The translations under genes were made by a program, and so were the position numbers. The notes under the pieces were generated by a model. It was not told where the DNA came from, did not search any database, and saw only the letters and a program-made list of their open reading frames with translations. Below, one piece after another: positions 24,155 to 37,759 of a DNA stretch of 64,000 bases; position 1 is the stretch's first letter, and each line of letters begins with the position of its first letter. The DNA is from Chiloscyllium plagiosum (taxonomy: Eukaryota), in the NCBI RefSeq assembly GCF_004010195.1, contig NC_057718.1, positions 26,601,688 to 26,665,687 on the forward strand. The letters run 5' to 3'.

Positions 24155-27100
24155 GAGAACTCACAGCACAGGAACAGATAATTGCATAGCTTTTACATGT
24201 AACCTTGTTGTAAGTCTACAGTAGTGAGTAGGGTGGGTTCTTTCTTGATTATATGTTTTATTGAGATCTGTCTCTTGATTAAATTTTCAAAATATAAACT
24301 ATAAGTACTACGTTAGCCAGGAGCACTGTTTTTTTAGAGCAATAATACGGTGCTATTTTCTGATTCTGTAGATTGTGAAGGAGCAAAGATGGCCTTTAGT
24401 AGTGTGATAAGCTCTTCCTGTGGATGTGGGAGTTTAGGGAGATTTTCCATGTTACTGATGATTATCTCTGTAGAAAGTGTCTTTGGTTGTGAATCCTATC
24501 AGATCGCACGGATCGGTTGAAGTGGCAGTCAGAGGCAAGGAGGAATTTATGAGAGCTATGGGGTGTGATGGATGACAGTTATAAGAAGGGAAAAAAGCTG
24601 CAGATACAGTCAGGGTTAACTCCAGGCAAGGTAGGAGGGGTAGGTGGGTAGTGCAGGAGTCTCCTGTGGCTATCCCCATCTCAAACAGGTATCCTGTTTT
24701 GGAAAATGTAGAGGGTGATGGACTCTCAGGGGAATGTAGCATGAACACCCAAGTTTCTAGTATCAAGCCAGGTTCTAATGTAATGAGGGGTACATCAGGT
24801 TCTAAGCAATCGATTGTGATAGGGGACTCTCAGAAGCACAGACGTTTCTGTGGCTAGCAGCGAAAAATCAGAATGGTGTGTTTCCTTCTTGGTGCCAAGA
24901 TCAAGGGTGCAGAGTGTTCTCAAAAGGAGAGTGGGACCAGCAGGAAATCATTGTATACATTGGAACTAATGACATAGGAAGGGAAAAGGATGAGATTCTG
25001 AAGGGAGAATATAGAAAGATTTAGGTTTCTTACAGTGTGGAAACATGCCCTTCGGCCCAACAACTCCACACCGACCCTCTGAAGAGCAACCCACCCAGAT
25101 CCATTCCCCTACATTTACTCCTTCACCTAACACTACAGGCAATTTAGCATGGCCAGTTCACCCAACCTGCACATTTTTAGACTGTGGGAGGAAACCTGAG
25201 CACCTGGAGGATACCCACGCAGACATGGGGAGAATGTCCACACAGACAGTTGCCTGAGGCAGGAATTGAACCCGGGTCTCTGGCACTGTGAGGCAGCAGT
25301 GCTAATCATTGTGCCACCGTGCCGCCCACGGTGGCAGGATTTTAAAAAAGAGGTCCTAGAGGGTTGTAATATCTGGATTTCTCCAGGTGCTACAAGCTAG
25401 TGAGGGTAGGTATAAGAAGATAAAGCAAATGAATATGTGGATGAGGAGCTGGTGCAGGGGAGAAAGGTTCACATTTTTGGATCATTGGAATCTCTTCTGG
25501 GGTAGAGGTGACCTGTACAAGAAGGAAAGATTACACCTGAATTAGAAGGGGACTAAGATACTAGCAGGGAGATTTGCTAGAGCTGCTCGGGAGGATTTAA
25601 ATTTGTAAGGTGGGGGCCTGGAACCCAGCGAGGAAGGAGATCAATCTGAGACTGGTACAGTTGAGAAAAAGGAGCAAGTCAAACAGTCAGGGCAGGCAGG
25701 AACAAAGCAGAGAACAAGGTAGGACTGATAAATTAAACTGCATTTATTTCAATGTAAGAGGCTTAATGGGGGAGGCAGATGAACTCGGCATGGTTAGGAA
25801 CATGGGACTGGGATATCATAGCAATTACAGAAATGTGGCTCAGGGATGGACAGGACTGACAGCTTAATGTTCCAGGATACAAATGCTATAGGAAGGATAG
25901 AAAGGGGTGTAAGAGAGGAAGGGAGTGGCGTTTTTGATAAGGGGTGGCATTACAGCTGTACATGGAGAGGATATTCCAGGGAAGTTATTCAGGTGGAACT
26001 GAGAAACAAGAAAGGGATGATCACCTCATTAGCATTGTATTACAGACCCCCTAATAATCAGCGGGAAATTGAGAAACAAATTTGTAAGGAGATTTCAGTT
26101 CTCTGTAAGAATAATATGATGGTTAAGATAGGGGATTTTAACTTTCTAAATATAGACTGACACTGCCATAGTGTTAAGGGTTTAGATGGACAGGAATTTG
26201 TTAAGTGTGTACAAGAAAATTTTCTGATTTAGTATGTGACTGTATCTATGACAGAAAGTGCAAACCTGACCTACTGTTGGGAAATAGGGCAGGGCAAGTG
26301 ACTGAGGTGTCAGTGGGGGAGCACTTTGGGGCCAGCGACCATAATTCTATTTGTTTTAAAATTGTGATAGAAAAGGATACATTGACTTAAATGTCAAAAT
26401 TCTAAATTGGAGAAAGGCCAATTTTGACGGTATCAGGCAAGAGCTTTCAAAAGCTGATTGGGGGCAGATGTTCGCAGGTAAACAGGTCGGTTGGAAAATG
26501 GGAAGCCTTCAGAAATGAGATACCGAGAGTCCAGAGACAGTGTATTCCTGTTAGGGTGAAAGGAAAGGCTTGGAGGTGTAGGGAATGCTGAATGATAAGA
26601 GAAATTGAGGTTTTGGTTAAGAAAAAGAAGGAAACATATGCCAGGAGTACAGGAAACTATAGGAGCGATCGAGTGAATACTTAGAGTATAAAGGTAATAG
26701 GAATATAGTTAAGAGTGAAATCAGGAGGGGAAAAAAGGGGACATGAGATAGCTTTGGCAAATAGGGTTAAGGAGAATTCAAAGGGATTTTATAAATACAT
26801 TAAGGACAAAAGGGTAACCAGAGAGAGAATAGGACCCCTCAAAGATCAGCAAGGAGGCCTATGCGTGGAGCTGCAGGAAATGGGGGAGATACTAAACAAG
26901 TATTTTGCAACAGTGTTTATTGTGGAGAAGGACATGGAAGATATAGAATGTGGGGAAATAGATAGTGATATCTTGAAAAATGTCCATATTACAGAGGAGG
27001 TGCTGGATGTCTTGAAGCACATAAAAGTGACAAATCCCCAGGACCTGATGACGATATCCTAGAACTCTGTGGGAAGCTAGGGAAGTGATTGCTGGGCTCC

Positions 27101-28701
27101 TTGCTGAGATATTTGTATCATTTATAGTCACAGGTGAGGTGCTGGAAGACTGGAGGTTGACTAACATGGTGTCACTATTTAAGAAAGGTGGTAAGGAAAA
27201 GCCAGGGAACTATAGACCGGTTAGCCTGACATTGGTGGTGGGCAAGCTGTTAGAGGGAATCCTGAGGGGCAGGATTTATATATATTTGGAAAGGCAAGGA
27301 CTGATTCAGAATAGTCAGCATGGCTTTGTGTGTGGGAAATCATGTCTTACAAACTTGATTGAGCTTTTTGAAGAAGTAACAAAGATGATTGATGAGTGCA
27401 GGGCATTGGACGTGATCTATATGGACTTCAATAAGGCATTTAAAAAGGTTCCTCATGCTAGACTGGATAGCGAGGTTAGATCTCATGGAATACAGGGAGA
27501 ATGAGCCTTTTGGATACAGAACTGGCACAAAGGTAAAAGACAGAGGATGGTGGTGGAAGGTTTTCTTTTCAGACTGGAGGCCTGTGACCAGTGGTGTGCC
27601 ACAAGGATCAGTGCTGGGTCTACTGCTAGAATGAGCCTTTTGGATACAGAACTGGCACAAAGGTAAAAGACAGAGGATGGTGGTGGAAGGTTTTTTTTTT
27701 CAGACTGGAGGCCTGTGACCAGTGGTGTGCCACAAGGATCAGTGCTGGGTCTACTGCTTTTTGTCATTTATATAAATGATTTGGATATGAACATAAGAGG
27801 TACAGTAAGTAAGTTTGCAGATGACACCAAAATTGGAGGACAGTGGACAGTGAACAAGGTTACCTCAGAGTACAATGGGATCTTGATCAGATGGACCAAT
27901 GGGCTGAGGAGTGGCAGATGGAGTTTAATTTAGATAAATGTAAGGTGCTGCATTTTGGAAAAGCAAATCAGAGCAAGACTTATACACTTAATGGTACTGT
28001 CCTAGGGAGTGTTGCTGAACAAAGAGACCTTGGAGTACAGGCTCATAGTTCCTTGAAAGTGGTGTCGCAGGTAGATGGGATAGTGAAGAAGGTGTTTGGT
28101 ATGCTTTCTTTTAATGGTGAGAGCATTGAGTACAGGAGTTGGGAGGTCATGTTGCAGCTGTACAGGGCATTGGTTAGGCCACTTTTGGAATATTGCGTAC
28201 AATTCTATCGGAAGGATGTTGTGAAATTTGAAAGGGTTCAGAAAATATATACAAGGATGTCGCTAGGGTTGGAAGATTTGAGCTATATGGAGAGGCAGAA
28301 TAGGCTGTTTTCTCTGGAGCATTGGAGAATGAGGTGTGACCTTATAGAAGTCTGTAAAATCATGAGAGGCATGGATAGGATAAATAGACAAGGTCTTTTC
28401 CCTGGAGTAGGAGAGTCTCAACTAGATGGCATAGGTTTAAGGTGAGAGGGGAAAAATTTAATGGGACGTAAGGGGCAACTTTTTCACGCCGAGGGTGGGG
28501 TCTGTATGGAATGAGCTGCCAGAGGAAGTGTTGGAGGCTGATACAATTACAGCATTCAAAAAGCATCTGGTTGGGTATATGAACAGGAAAGATTTAGAGA
28601 GATATGGGCCAAGTGCTGGCAAATTATGTTAGGATATCTGGTTGGCGTGGATAAGTTGAACCAAAGGGACTATTTCCTTGCTGTAAATCTCTATGACTCT
28701 T
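24155..28701 (+). mobile_element. Near full-length CR1 LINE (5'UTR, ORF1 zinc-finger/SGNH esterase, ORF2 APE+RT), inactivated
   Basis: ORF1 from ATG ~24389 with ..SC..WE...DYLCRKC, IVIGDS, IGTNDIG and LHLN. ORF2 has [45 protein letters not shown] and FADDTKIGG. Tail CTCTATGACTCT. Candidate TSD TGTATAG at 24148-24154 and 28702-28708. Confidence 0.92.
25017..25328 (-). mobile_element. V-SINE (HE1-like) nested in CR1 ORF1
   Basis: Reverse-complement SINE interrupting the esterase region. Confidence 0.9.
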
Positions 28702-29189
28702 TGTATAGTTGTGTCATCAATTTTGATAAATATTAGCAGGCTTGCTGTTTTGTAAAGTAGTGCTGAGTAATGAGATCAATATTTGTTCATGAGTGACTAT
28801 AGAAATAAAGCTGCTATTTGCTTCACAACCAAAAATGATGGCATTTCTACAACATAGTCTTCCATGCTGTTAAAAACCAATAAAACAAATCGCACCCAGC
28901 TGGAGGTATTGCACCACCTAAAGGTCCTTTCATTTTCTCCAATATTATAATACTGCAGTTTCATTACCATTTGGCTTTGTCTAAAAAATAAAATACTTAC
29001 AAAATAAACCAGGGCATCAATAGCATTCATCTATGAGATGGCAGCATTTCTCTCATAAAAAAAAGCTTCCATGAAATATCAGACAGTGTAAGCCTCATTA
29101 GACACTGCATGGAGTCAGATTGCCAACCATTTGACCACCATCAAATATTCATCACTAACACTTTCTGAAAATTCAGAATCTATGCCACC

Positions 29190-29360
29190 ATTTAAAGAAC
29201 TCACATTTGTTAGCACCTTTAGCATTATAAAACATCTCAAAGCAATTCATAGGGATATTAAGAGACAAATATGATAGTGAGTATTAAGAACCATTAGGAC
29301 AGATGACAAGCTTTGACAAAGTAGATTTTAAAAAGCATCTTAAAAGAGAGAACGGAATGT
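29190..29360 (-). mobile_element. Decayed L2-like 3' end
   Basis: AAGAACTCACATTTGTTAGCACCTTT...ACATCTCAAAGC resembles the reverse of an L2-type tail. Similar plus-strand tails at ~5310-5410 and ~62330-62455. Confidence 0.4.
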
Positions 29361-29979
29361 GTAGCAACATCCAAGGCTCACTCTAATGCCCTTAATAGGT
29401 CTCATCAATATTCCACATTCAAGGCATCACGCTCGCAGATGTAAGAGAAAGGATGATGGAATAGAGCAAAAATATTAATGAATTTTAATAATAAAAACAT
29501 ATTTGGAGTCCCACAATGGTAGCTGAGGGATATAAATTTAACTAATAAATAAAATTGAATAAAAAGTGCTTCTCATTAATCAAGATCAGGGATTGCCATA
29601 AAAATGCACCTGGTCAATTGATGTCCATCAGAGAACGAAACATTTACCATCCTTACCTGATCTGGCTATATGAGATTCTAGACCAACAGCAATGTGATTG
29701 ACTTTTAACGGACCTCCCAAAAGCATAGAAAGCCACACATTCTGTCAAAAAACTACAGGAAATGTGAACCAGAATTAATTAGGATGGTCTACCTGTCAAC
29801 AATCTAAGCATGCACAATTGACACACTTTGCCTAATCAAATCTGCAAAGTCCTCCTCAGTAACAACTGGGGATGTGCGAAGCAGAGGGAGCTGTTCCAAG
29901 TTTAGTCAACCAAACACCAGACACAGTCTAAACCATTCAAACTTTTTGATAATACCATAGAATACTCCATCACAATTCG

Positions 29980-30302
29980 TAGAATCCCTACCATGTGGAA
30001 ACAGGCCATTTGGCCCAACAAGTCCATATCAACCCTCCAAAGTGTATCCTACCCATCCCATACCCCTACATTTCCTCTAACACATCTAACCTACAACTCT
30101 CTGAACACTATGGGCAATTTAGCATGGCCAATTCATCTAAACTGCACATCCTTGGACTGTAGGAGGAAACCAGAGCATCCGGAGGAAACCCACACAGATA
30201 TGGGGAGAATGCGCAAACTCCACACAGATTCGAGCCTGAGGTTCGAATCAAAACCAGGTCCTTGTGAGGCAGCAGTGCTAATCATGGGGCCACCGTGCCC
30301 CT
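29980..30302 (-). mobile_element. V-SINE (HE1-like)
   Basis: Reverse-complement tail, V-domain and eroded head. Confidence 0.85.
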
Positions 30303-30504
30303 CTAATGCCTTGCCATTTCTCACCCCGGCTCGCCCAGAACCACTCCAGAGATCACACCTACCAGAGACAGTAATACAGGTGGCATACAATTGGCTGAGA
30401 GTGACCTCGGGAGCTCTCTGGCATCTGATTAACCATAAGCAGAGAAACCTTCTGTTCATCACCATTTATGCCTTCTTTCACTGATGGATCAGTAACATTC
30501 CATT

Positions 30505-30830
30505 ATTTAAATTAATTTATGAGATGTTAGTCATCACTAATTGCTCAGAGGACAGTTAAGTATGAATTATATTGCTTTGGGTCTGGAGTCACATACAGGC
30601 CACACTGGTTGGTGGTTTCCTTCCCTAAATGACATTAGTGAACCAGATGGATTTTTCTGACAAGTAGCAATGGTTTCATGGTCAGCATCTGATCCTGAAT
30701 TCCAGATTTTTATTGAATTCAAATTCCATCATCTACCATGGCAGGATCCAAATGCGGGTGCCCTGAACATTATCTGGCTTTCTGGGTTAATAGTCTGTTC
30801 ACAATATCACAAGGTCATCATTTCTCCTTA
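30505..30830 (-). mobile_element. Short tRNA-headed SINE (same family as 61345-61703)
   Basis: Reverse complement aligns with 61345-61703, including the CTCTG|RGCAATT junction. Confidence 0.75.
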
Positions 30831-31387
30831 GATGTTAAGCACCACTTAGATGAAGCATTGAAGCTAGTAAGTGCACAGAAAGTGGTATCATAGGGCACAT
30901 AAATGTTCATCATTAAAAGTGGCTCAGAAGCACCATTACTGAGTGAACTGGCTGAATCCTAGAGGACAGATCTACCAGAATGGGCCTGTAGCAGATGGTG
31001 AGAGAATCAAAGAAAGTGAAAAAATCCTCTCATCTCACAAATCTACCTGTGGCAGATACATCTATCCATGGCAACACTGGTTGAAGGGTTCACTGAGTAA
31101 ACTAAATGCTAACAGGAGATTTATTATGATTGTAACAATATAATTTATCTTACTCTTACCTCCACAAAGGAAGCACCATCCGATTTTGACATGCAGTATC
31201 ACAGAAAGCATTTTAATTTCCTTTGCCTAATGGTTTTGAGGAGGTCACAACATAGTTTTTTTGCTGTTTCCATGTTCTTTGACACCTTCATCTGGCCAGC
31301 TACTTGAATCAAGAATATCATGAATCTATGAATATTGGAATCTCGTAATGTCCATAGATCCCCAAAGACATTTTAAAGTTTTAGCGT

Positions 31388-31480
31388 GTGATGAAGGGCT
31401 AATGCCCGAGATGAGAATTCTCCTGCTCCTCTGATGCTACCTGACCCACTGTGCTTTTCCAGCGCCACACTTTTTGACTT
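31388..31480 (+). mobile_element. Penelope-like terminal fragment
   Basis: TGATGAAGGGCTAATGCCCGAG...CTCCTGCTCCTCTGATGCTACCTGACC...CTTTTCCAGCGCCACAC. Confidence 0.65.
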
Positions 31481-33839
31481 TTTTGTGAACTGTTCTATAA
31501 ATTCTTAACTCTCAGGTTTTCCCTTCTGGTTTGTAGGAACAGTCTAACTGCTGAACGACACCAATGCAACCCCACATCCTCCAATTTACATTCTGACTAG
31601 CCAGGATGGTCTGATATTTCACCATTTTCAAACAATAATAAGATGCCAAATTGTGCACAGCTGGCCGGAAGCACCTTGCTAAGAGAGATTATGTTAAAGA
31701 AAATCTACTTCTTTGTGAAAGTATTTGCTGATATATTATTGCTGTGCAGTGAATTCATATGTAAGTCTGCTTCTTTTTGTTAATTTCACTGTCTTAAATA
31801 CTTGTCTCAATTGTACTAAAAACCTGAACATTGGTGGATAAAATGTTTCTCGGCAAAAGCAGCTTGTCGACTGCCTCAACGCCACTAGGGAAAGGAAATT
31901 AAAGGAAATCAAAATATTTTCTGTGGTATTGCATGTCAGAATTTCTCTGGTGGCGATATTGGAAGAGATTGGAATAACCCTATTGGAAATCTGACCCCAC
32001 AATGTTTTAAACAGCCCAGATATCCATTAAGGATGATTGCTGCTGAATACAAGACCTGGATTACAGATATATTTTAGTAAGTTTTAGCACTTCTTTTAAA
32101 TCACAGGTAATGTTCATTCCATGTCAGCGTTGGTTTTTTAGAAAGCCTCATGTGTGAACACAGTTTATCAAAGGACAAGAACAACATTTTATTTTCCCTT
32201 GGAGAATCAATAATTTTGAGTTCTTTTGTAATGGACAACATAGATGCACGACCTTTCAGAGAATATCTTGATACTTATTACACTAGAACATGTATCTCAA
32301 CTGTAACAATCAATTTTGATGTCCATATTGCATGAGAATTACTTTGTGTACTATTCATGAGTAATCATCTTCAGTTATCAAAATTTTGATCCAAAAAATG
32401 GAAAGCCAACTATATTGCACTCACATAATTAACAACATAACGAAGTTAATTTACTGAAGATGAATTAAAAGAAGGAATAGCACCAGGTATTTTCTGGGCA
32501 TTTGCATGCTTCCTGTAGCTGTCCTTTTATACTACCACTCAAAATGTGTTGCAGAAATATATTTTTGGCTTAAGAAGTTAATTACTCTTTTTTTAATTGG
32601 ATCAGTAAAAACCCTATTTCACAAAGCTGCATCAGTACATTTCCTATTACAAAAAGACATGTTTTTCATAAACATTTCTTGCCCCTCAATAGAAAGAAAG
32701 ACATCATTCAAATTTTATGTAGTAGAGATATTCCAATCGCAGATGAAACCATTCACAAAATCCTCCACTTCAAAGAAGGGTCCCTCTAGTAATTCCTATG
32801 TATTAAAACTAGAATTGTAAAAACGGTACAAAAATAACACTATAATGCTCACGGGTCACAAAAACTACGTAAACCCAGTAAATTAATACCTTTTAGACAT
32901 CAATACTTGAATATGGAATGTGGAAAACATCTTGAATACAGTCAAAACGAAAATCTATGTCAACAACAAGACAAGAAATTTGGCTATGAATTTAACAACT
33001 TTAATATCACAACCTAGAAAGGTATATTTGAAGAAGCTTCATGACTATTGTTGCACTGAATAAAACAACATATTGGAAGCCCACCAATTAGGCTTAAATT
33101 ATGCCCACAGAGCTGAAGTTGTTTTGAGTGCATAAAATTCCACTTTTCGTTGAAGTAAGTATGAATCTGCAAGACTTGTTTTATAACCCTTTTACAGAGG
33201 TTTATTTTGTGCTCTTCCAGGTTGCATGCTCTCATTTACTAGATACAATTTAACAACTCAAAGAAATTACTCCTTTATTCATTTTCTCCACAAACATAAC
33301 AGCAATCTCCTGAAAAAAGTATCAAATAGATTTTTAAAGGATGATATACTTTCACATAAGAGAAAATTTATGGATGTAATTTATCCAGACCGCTGCCAAA
33401 TAGGCAGTATGGAAGTTTGCCTCGATGGATTATCAACCAAGCAATCCCATATCGACTGAGATATAATCTTTCAGGTTGGCTGATGGATTTTTAAAATTCA
33501 GCACTGAGGACATTACTTGAGGAAGTAACCATTTATTTACTGAAAAGTTTTCTTTTGAAGATGAAATATTTCTCAAAGTGATTTAGTTGACTGTAACCAT
33601 GATAAAACAGAGTTCACATAAATGAATTATTTCTGCTATTAATTGAACAATAAATTCAAGAACTTCACATCTTTTGACATAACCTGCAAAATTCCAATTG
33701 ACATCAAGAATAAGAACTAATGAAATTTATCTTGCTTACTGCAAAACTACAGTGAAAGAAAATATTTTTAAAAGGTCTTCAAAGGCATTACAACTTGTTG
33801 TTGTATTTCTGAGAAAGGGCAAGACCAACCTATTGGTTT

Positions 33840-34310
33840 CATTAGAATCATACAACACAGAAGGAAGCAATTCACCCGATGTTGACTCTTTACATTTTCT
33901 CTGCCTTTCCCTCTCTTTCCCTTGGTGCCTTTCTAAAGCTTCCACCACATTTGCTTCCAACAGCATTTTGGGCTGCAGATTCCAGTTCATAATAAATTAG
34001 AAAAGGTTCTCATGTCATCTCTGGTTCTTTTGCTAGCCACCTGAAATCTGTGCTTTCTGGTTAGTGATTCTTCTACTCATGGAATTAGTTTATCTTTCTT
34101 TAGTCTATCAACCTTTTATGATGTGGTACTCTCAGTCAAATCTCCATTTAATCTTCTTTGAGCGAAGGGAGAAAGTATCCTAATTTCTTCAGTCTCTCTC
34201 TGCCTAATATTATTATAATCTGGTTTTAATGTCCTTGTGAACTTTCTCATCTCTGATACCCTCTAGTGAACCATTTCAACATCTTCACCAAATTCTCAAC
34301 ATCATTCGTA
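33840..34310 (-). mobile_element. Old CR1 3' fragment
   Basis: TAGAATCATACAACACAGAAGG tail followed by degenerate reverse CR1 C-terminal sequence. Confidence 0.55.
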
Positions 34311-34324
34311 ATTCCCAGTTTATC

Positions 34325-34570
34325 AAAAAAAGAACTGAGCTCCAGAGAGAACATAGTGACTGTCCTTGACATCAACGCAGTATTTAAATGAGTAAAATCA
34401 AAGAGCCCTAGCAAAACTAATGGCAGTGGAAATCAGAGGCAAATCTCTCTGCTGTCTGTACCTAGCACAAAGGAAGATGGTTGCAGTTACTGATAGCAAC
34501 CGCAAGAGTTCTTCAGGATAATATCCTAGGCCCAACTATCTTAGCAGCTTTATCAATGACTTTCCTTCCA
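34325..34570 (+). mobile_element. RT fragment of the tRNA-headed LINE family
   Basis: ELSSRENIVTVLDINAVF and LGPTILAALSM/FINDFP remnants match 45150-45420. Confidence 0.6.
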
Positions 34571-35998
34571 GCCAGGTTTGGGTTGACTCTTTAGGGAATA
34601 GCCATCTGCAACAGGAGCAAGCAGTGAACTGCAGTCACATGGTATCCATTCTGACTTTAGTGTTGAGAGTTCTCAGTGTCTAGTGCTCCAAGTATAATAG
34701 AAAGTTGCATATTAATGAGGCAAGATGTGTAGTTAATAAGCTTGTTAACAAACAATAGTCTGCATTAATAAGCAATCTGCTGCTATCTAGCAAGAAACTC
34801 ACCTTCAATGCCCAGACTTAACTAAAAGATGCAGAGAGTTGTTCCGACTTGAAGATAGGACTTGTTGGATTCCTTGCACGATCCTGCATTTTCTGCCATA
34901 GTGCACGCCATTCTTGCCCATGTAAGATTCCAACTAATGTTCTGAGTTGGAATCCACATTGCTAACTCTTTTTCATTCTCCACAGATGCTACTAGACCTT
35001 CTGAGTATCTCTTGGCTTTTATGCTTTCATTTCAGCTATCCAGCAGCCACAGTTGCCCAACTTTTACTTGGGGGTAAAATGTAACTTTATTGGAGGCCCA
35101 GAATGTGTACTAGCAAACTGACTGCCTCTTATACTGCCTGATTAATTTTATTTGTCATTGATTTGGAATTGAAATTTGGCAACATATGCCAAAGTTAACT
35201 GATCTCTACCACCTCTATATTACACCTGATGAAAATAAATTTTATTTGGATTCCCACAAGCCCACTCACACTTGTTTTTCAGACTGCTGTGTTGAACTTA
35301 AAGATAAGTAGTAAATATCCATATGAGAGTGGCAGTGAAGCACATCTCACATGGAACTATGATGAATTTCGTTAATCTAAACAAATGGAAAGGCTGTGTC
35401 TTTATATTTTTCTGTTAATTTGATTGTGGAATGAAATGGAAAAAGAATAATTTTTAAAGAACAAGGATTGTGGAGGAATTGCTGCACTTTTTGAAACCAA
35501 GTAATGTGATATTCATCATAAGTGCTGTTTACATAGCTGCTGATTAAAGCATAAGTAAATAGCTTAGAGATTATCTGGAGTCAAAACCTCTGTACAAATT
35601 GAAATTCAGCCAATAACAAGTAAATTGGTCTGTGAACTAGTTATCTGTTATTAACGTTATAGGACTTCAACAACTAGGTGAAAGGCTTCCAGGTAAATTG
35701 GCCTGTGAACTAGATGGTGAGAAGCTATCTCATCTCCACAGGCTTAGAAGATGCCTCAGTTCTCTGTAGAAGAAAATCGTAAGCCTTCAGAAAGGCACTT
35801 TTCTTCAGCAGTTTGTAATCTGTGAGTTTTAATTAATAAGCCAGTGATCTTTTGATAATGTGAACCAATCACCCTGTGCCTCCTGCAAACAAATTACAGC
35901 ATGTGGAGAAGGAAGATTGAGAAGTGACATGCTGATCAGAATAAAAATAATCTCAGCAAATTCTGTGAACATGGACCATTGAATTACCTTCCCAACTT

Positions 35999-36312
35999 TA
36001 GAACATAGAAAAATACAGCTCAGTACAGGCCCTTTGGCCCTCGATGTAGCGCCGATCCAAGCCCACCTAACCTACACTAGCCCACTATCCTCCATATGCC
36101 TATCCAATGCCCGCTTAAATGCCCATAATGAGGGAGAGTCCACCACTGCTACTGGCAGGGCATTCCATGAACTCACGACTCGCTGAGTAAAGAATCTACC
36201 CCTAACATCTGTCCTATACCTACCACCCCTTAATTTAAAGCTATGCCCCCTCGTAATAGCTGACTCCATACGTGGAAAAAGGTTCTCATGGTCAACCCTA
36301 TCTAAACCACTA
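35999..36312 (-). mobile_element. CR1 3' end
   Basis: Minus ORF TRGHSFKLRGGRYRTDVRGRFFTQRVVSSWNALP; TAGAACATAGAA tail. Confidence 0.9.
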
Positions 36313-36952
36313 ACCTAAACCCCTTTCTTTCCACCCATAACACCATTGTGTTTATTTTCCTATCCATGTTATCTGTAGATGTGTGCAAGGAGTTGGAGTT
36401 TTCATTTGTAGAGTTATATATGTCGATGGTTCATAATTGTTCATTGGCAGCTACATTCACATATAGCAATTCCTGTTAAGTACAGAAACCTGATCTGTGC
36501 TTTCCATAAATCTTGATGTAAAAGACAGGTAAATTGGGGAATTTATGTACTGTTAACATCTTTAACTTTTGTGATGACTGCAGGAATAGCGGGGTTTGAT
36601 TTTTCAGTGTACTAACCCAGTGAAGCATAAAAACATTTGAATTAACAATAGTTTTCTAACAGTTAAATTTGAATGACTAACAATTAACTGTTCAGAGCAA
36701 TTCCAAATTCCTACTAAATTTTAAATAATAATTAACAGTTCTTTCCAAGGAAGCATACAGTGCATTCTAACTAAAAACACTTCATGGCAAACAGTTTATT
36801 GCTATGGTCGTAAAATAACATGATAAACCAAACTCAACATTGATTTCCAATAAAGCAAGCATAAAATCATCTATACAGAGTTGAGATTTTGGGATAAGTT
36901 GCTCAGAAAATAACATTGTTTGAAACTGAAAGTGATGCAGCAGGATGATTTA

Positions 36953-37452
36953 NNNNNNNNNNNNNNNNNNNNNNNNNNNNNNNNNNNNNNNNNNNNNNNN
37001 NNNNNNNNNNNNNNNNNNNNNNNNNNNNNNNNNNNNNNNNNNNNNNNNNNNNNNNNNNNNNNNNNNNNNNNNNNNNNNNNNNNNNNNNNNNNNNNNNNNN
37101 NNNNNNNNNNNNNNNNNNNNNNNNNNNNNNNNNNNNNNNNNNNNNNNNNNNNNNNNNNNNNNNNNNNNNNNNNNNNNNNNNNNNNNNNNNNNNNNNNNNN
37201 NNNNNNNNNNNNNNNNNNNNNNNNNNNNNNNNNNNNNNNNNNNNNNNNNNNNNNNNNNNNNNNNNNNNNNNNNNNNNNNNNNNNNNNNNNNNNNNNNNNN
37301 NNNNNNNNNNNNNNNNNNNNNNNNNNNNNNNNNNNNNNNNNNNNNNNNNNNNNNNNNNNNNNNNNNNNNNNNNNNNNNNNNNNNNNNNNNNNNNNNNNNN
37401 NNNNNNNNNNNNNNNNNNNNNNNNNNNNNNNNNNNNNNNNNNNNNNNNNNNN
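36953..37452. other. Assembly gap (500 N)
   Basis: Run of N. Confidence 1.
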
Positions 37453-37759
37453 TTTAGAAAACTCACCATCTGCCACTGCATTTCAGTGTTCATTGAATGA
37501 ATGTTTGAGATCAGGTTGTGATGATGATTTGACAATTTACATTTACCAGTACTCATTTGATTAAAGCATACAAAATAAAACAATTGCATAGTTTTATAAC
37601 ACTAATCTGTTTTGGACTTTTACAATATTGTATGAAGAATTTAAAAGTTTTTAATCAATGAAGTCCAAAGGTTCACGTTCAATTGTTGTTTCAGTTACAT
37701 AAATGTTTTGATGGTGACGTAATTGTACAAAATTATTTAACCCACAGAACTTCCAATCC

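Larger units (their letters stand above)
29540..31100 (+). mobile_element. Old copy of the 5' part of the tRNA-headed LINE (core plus start of APE), interrupted by two SINEs
   Basis: CCATCCTTACCTGATCTGGCTATATGAGATTCTAGACCAACAGCAATGTG is followed by GCAAAGTCCTCCTCAGTAACAACTGGGG, collinear with 42860-43130. It resumes after 30830 with HHLDEALKL. Confidence 0.6.
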
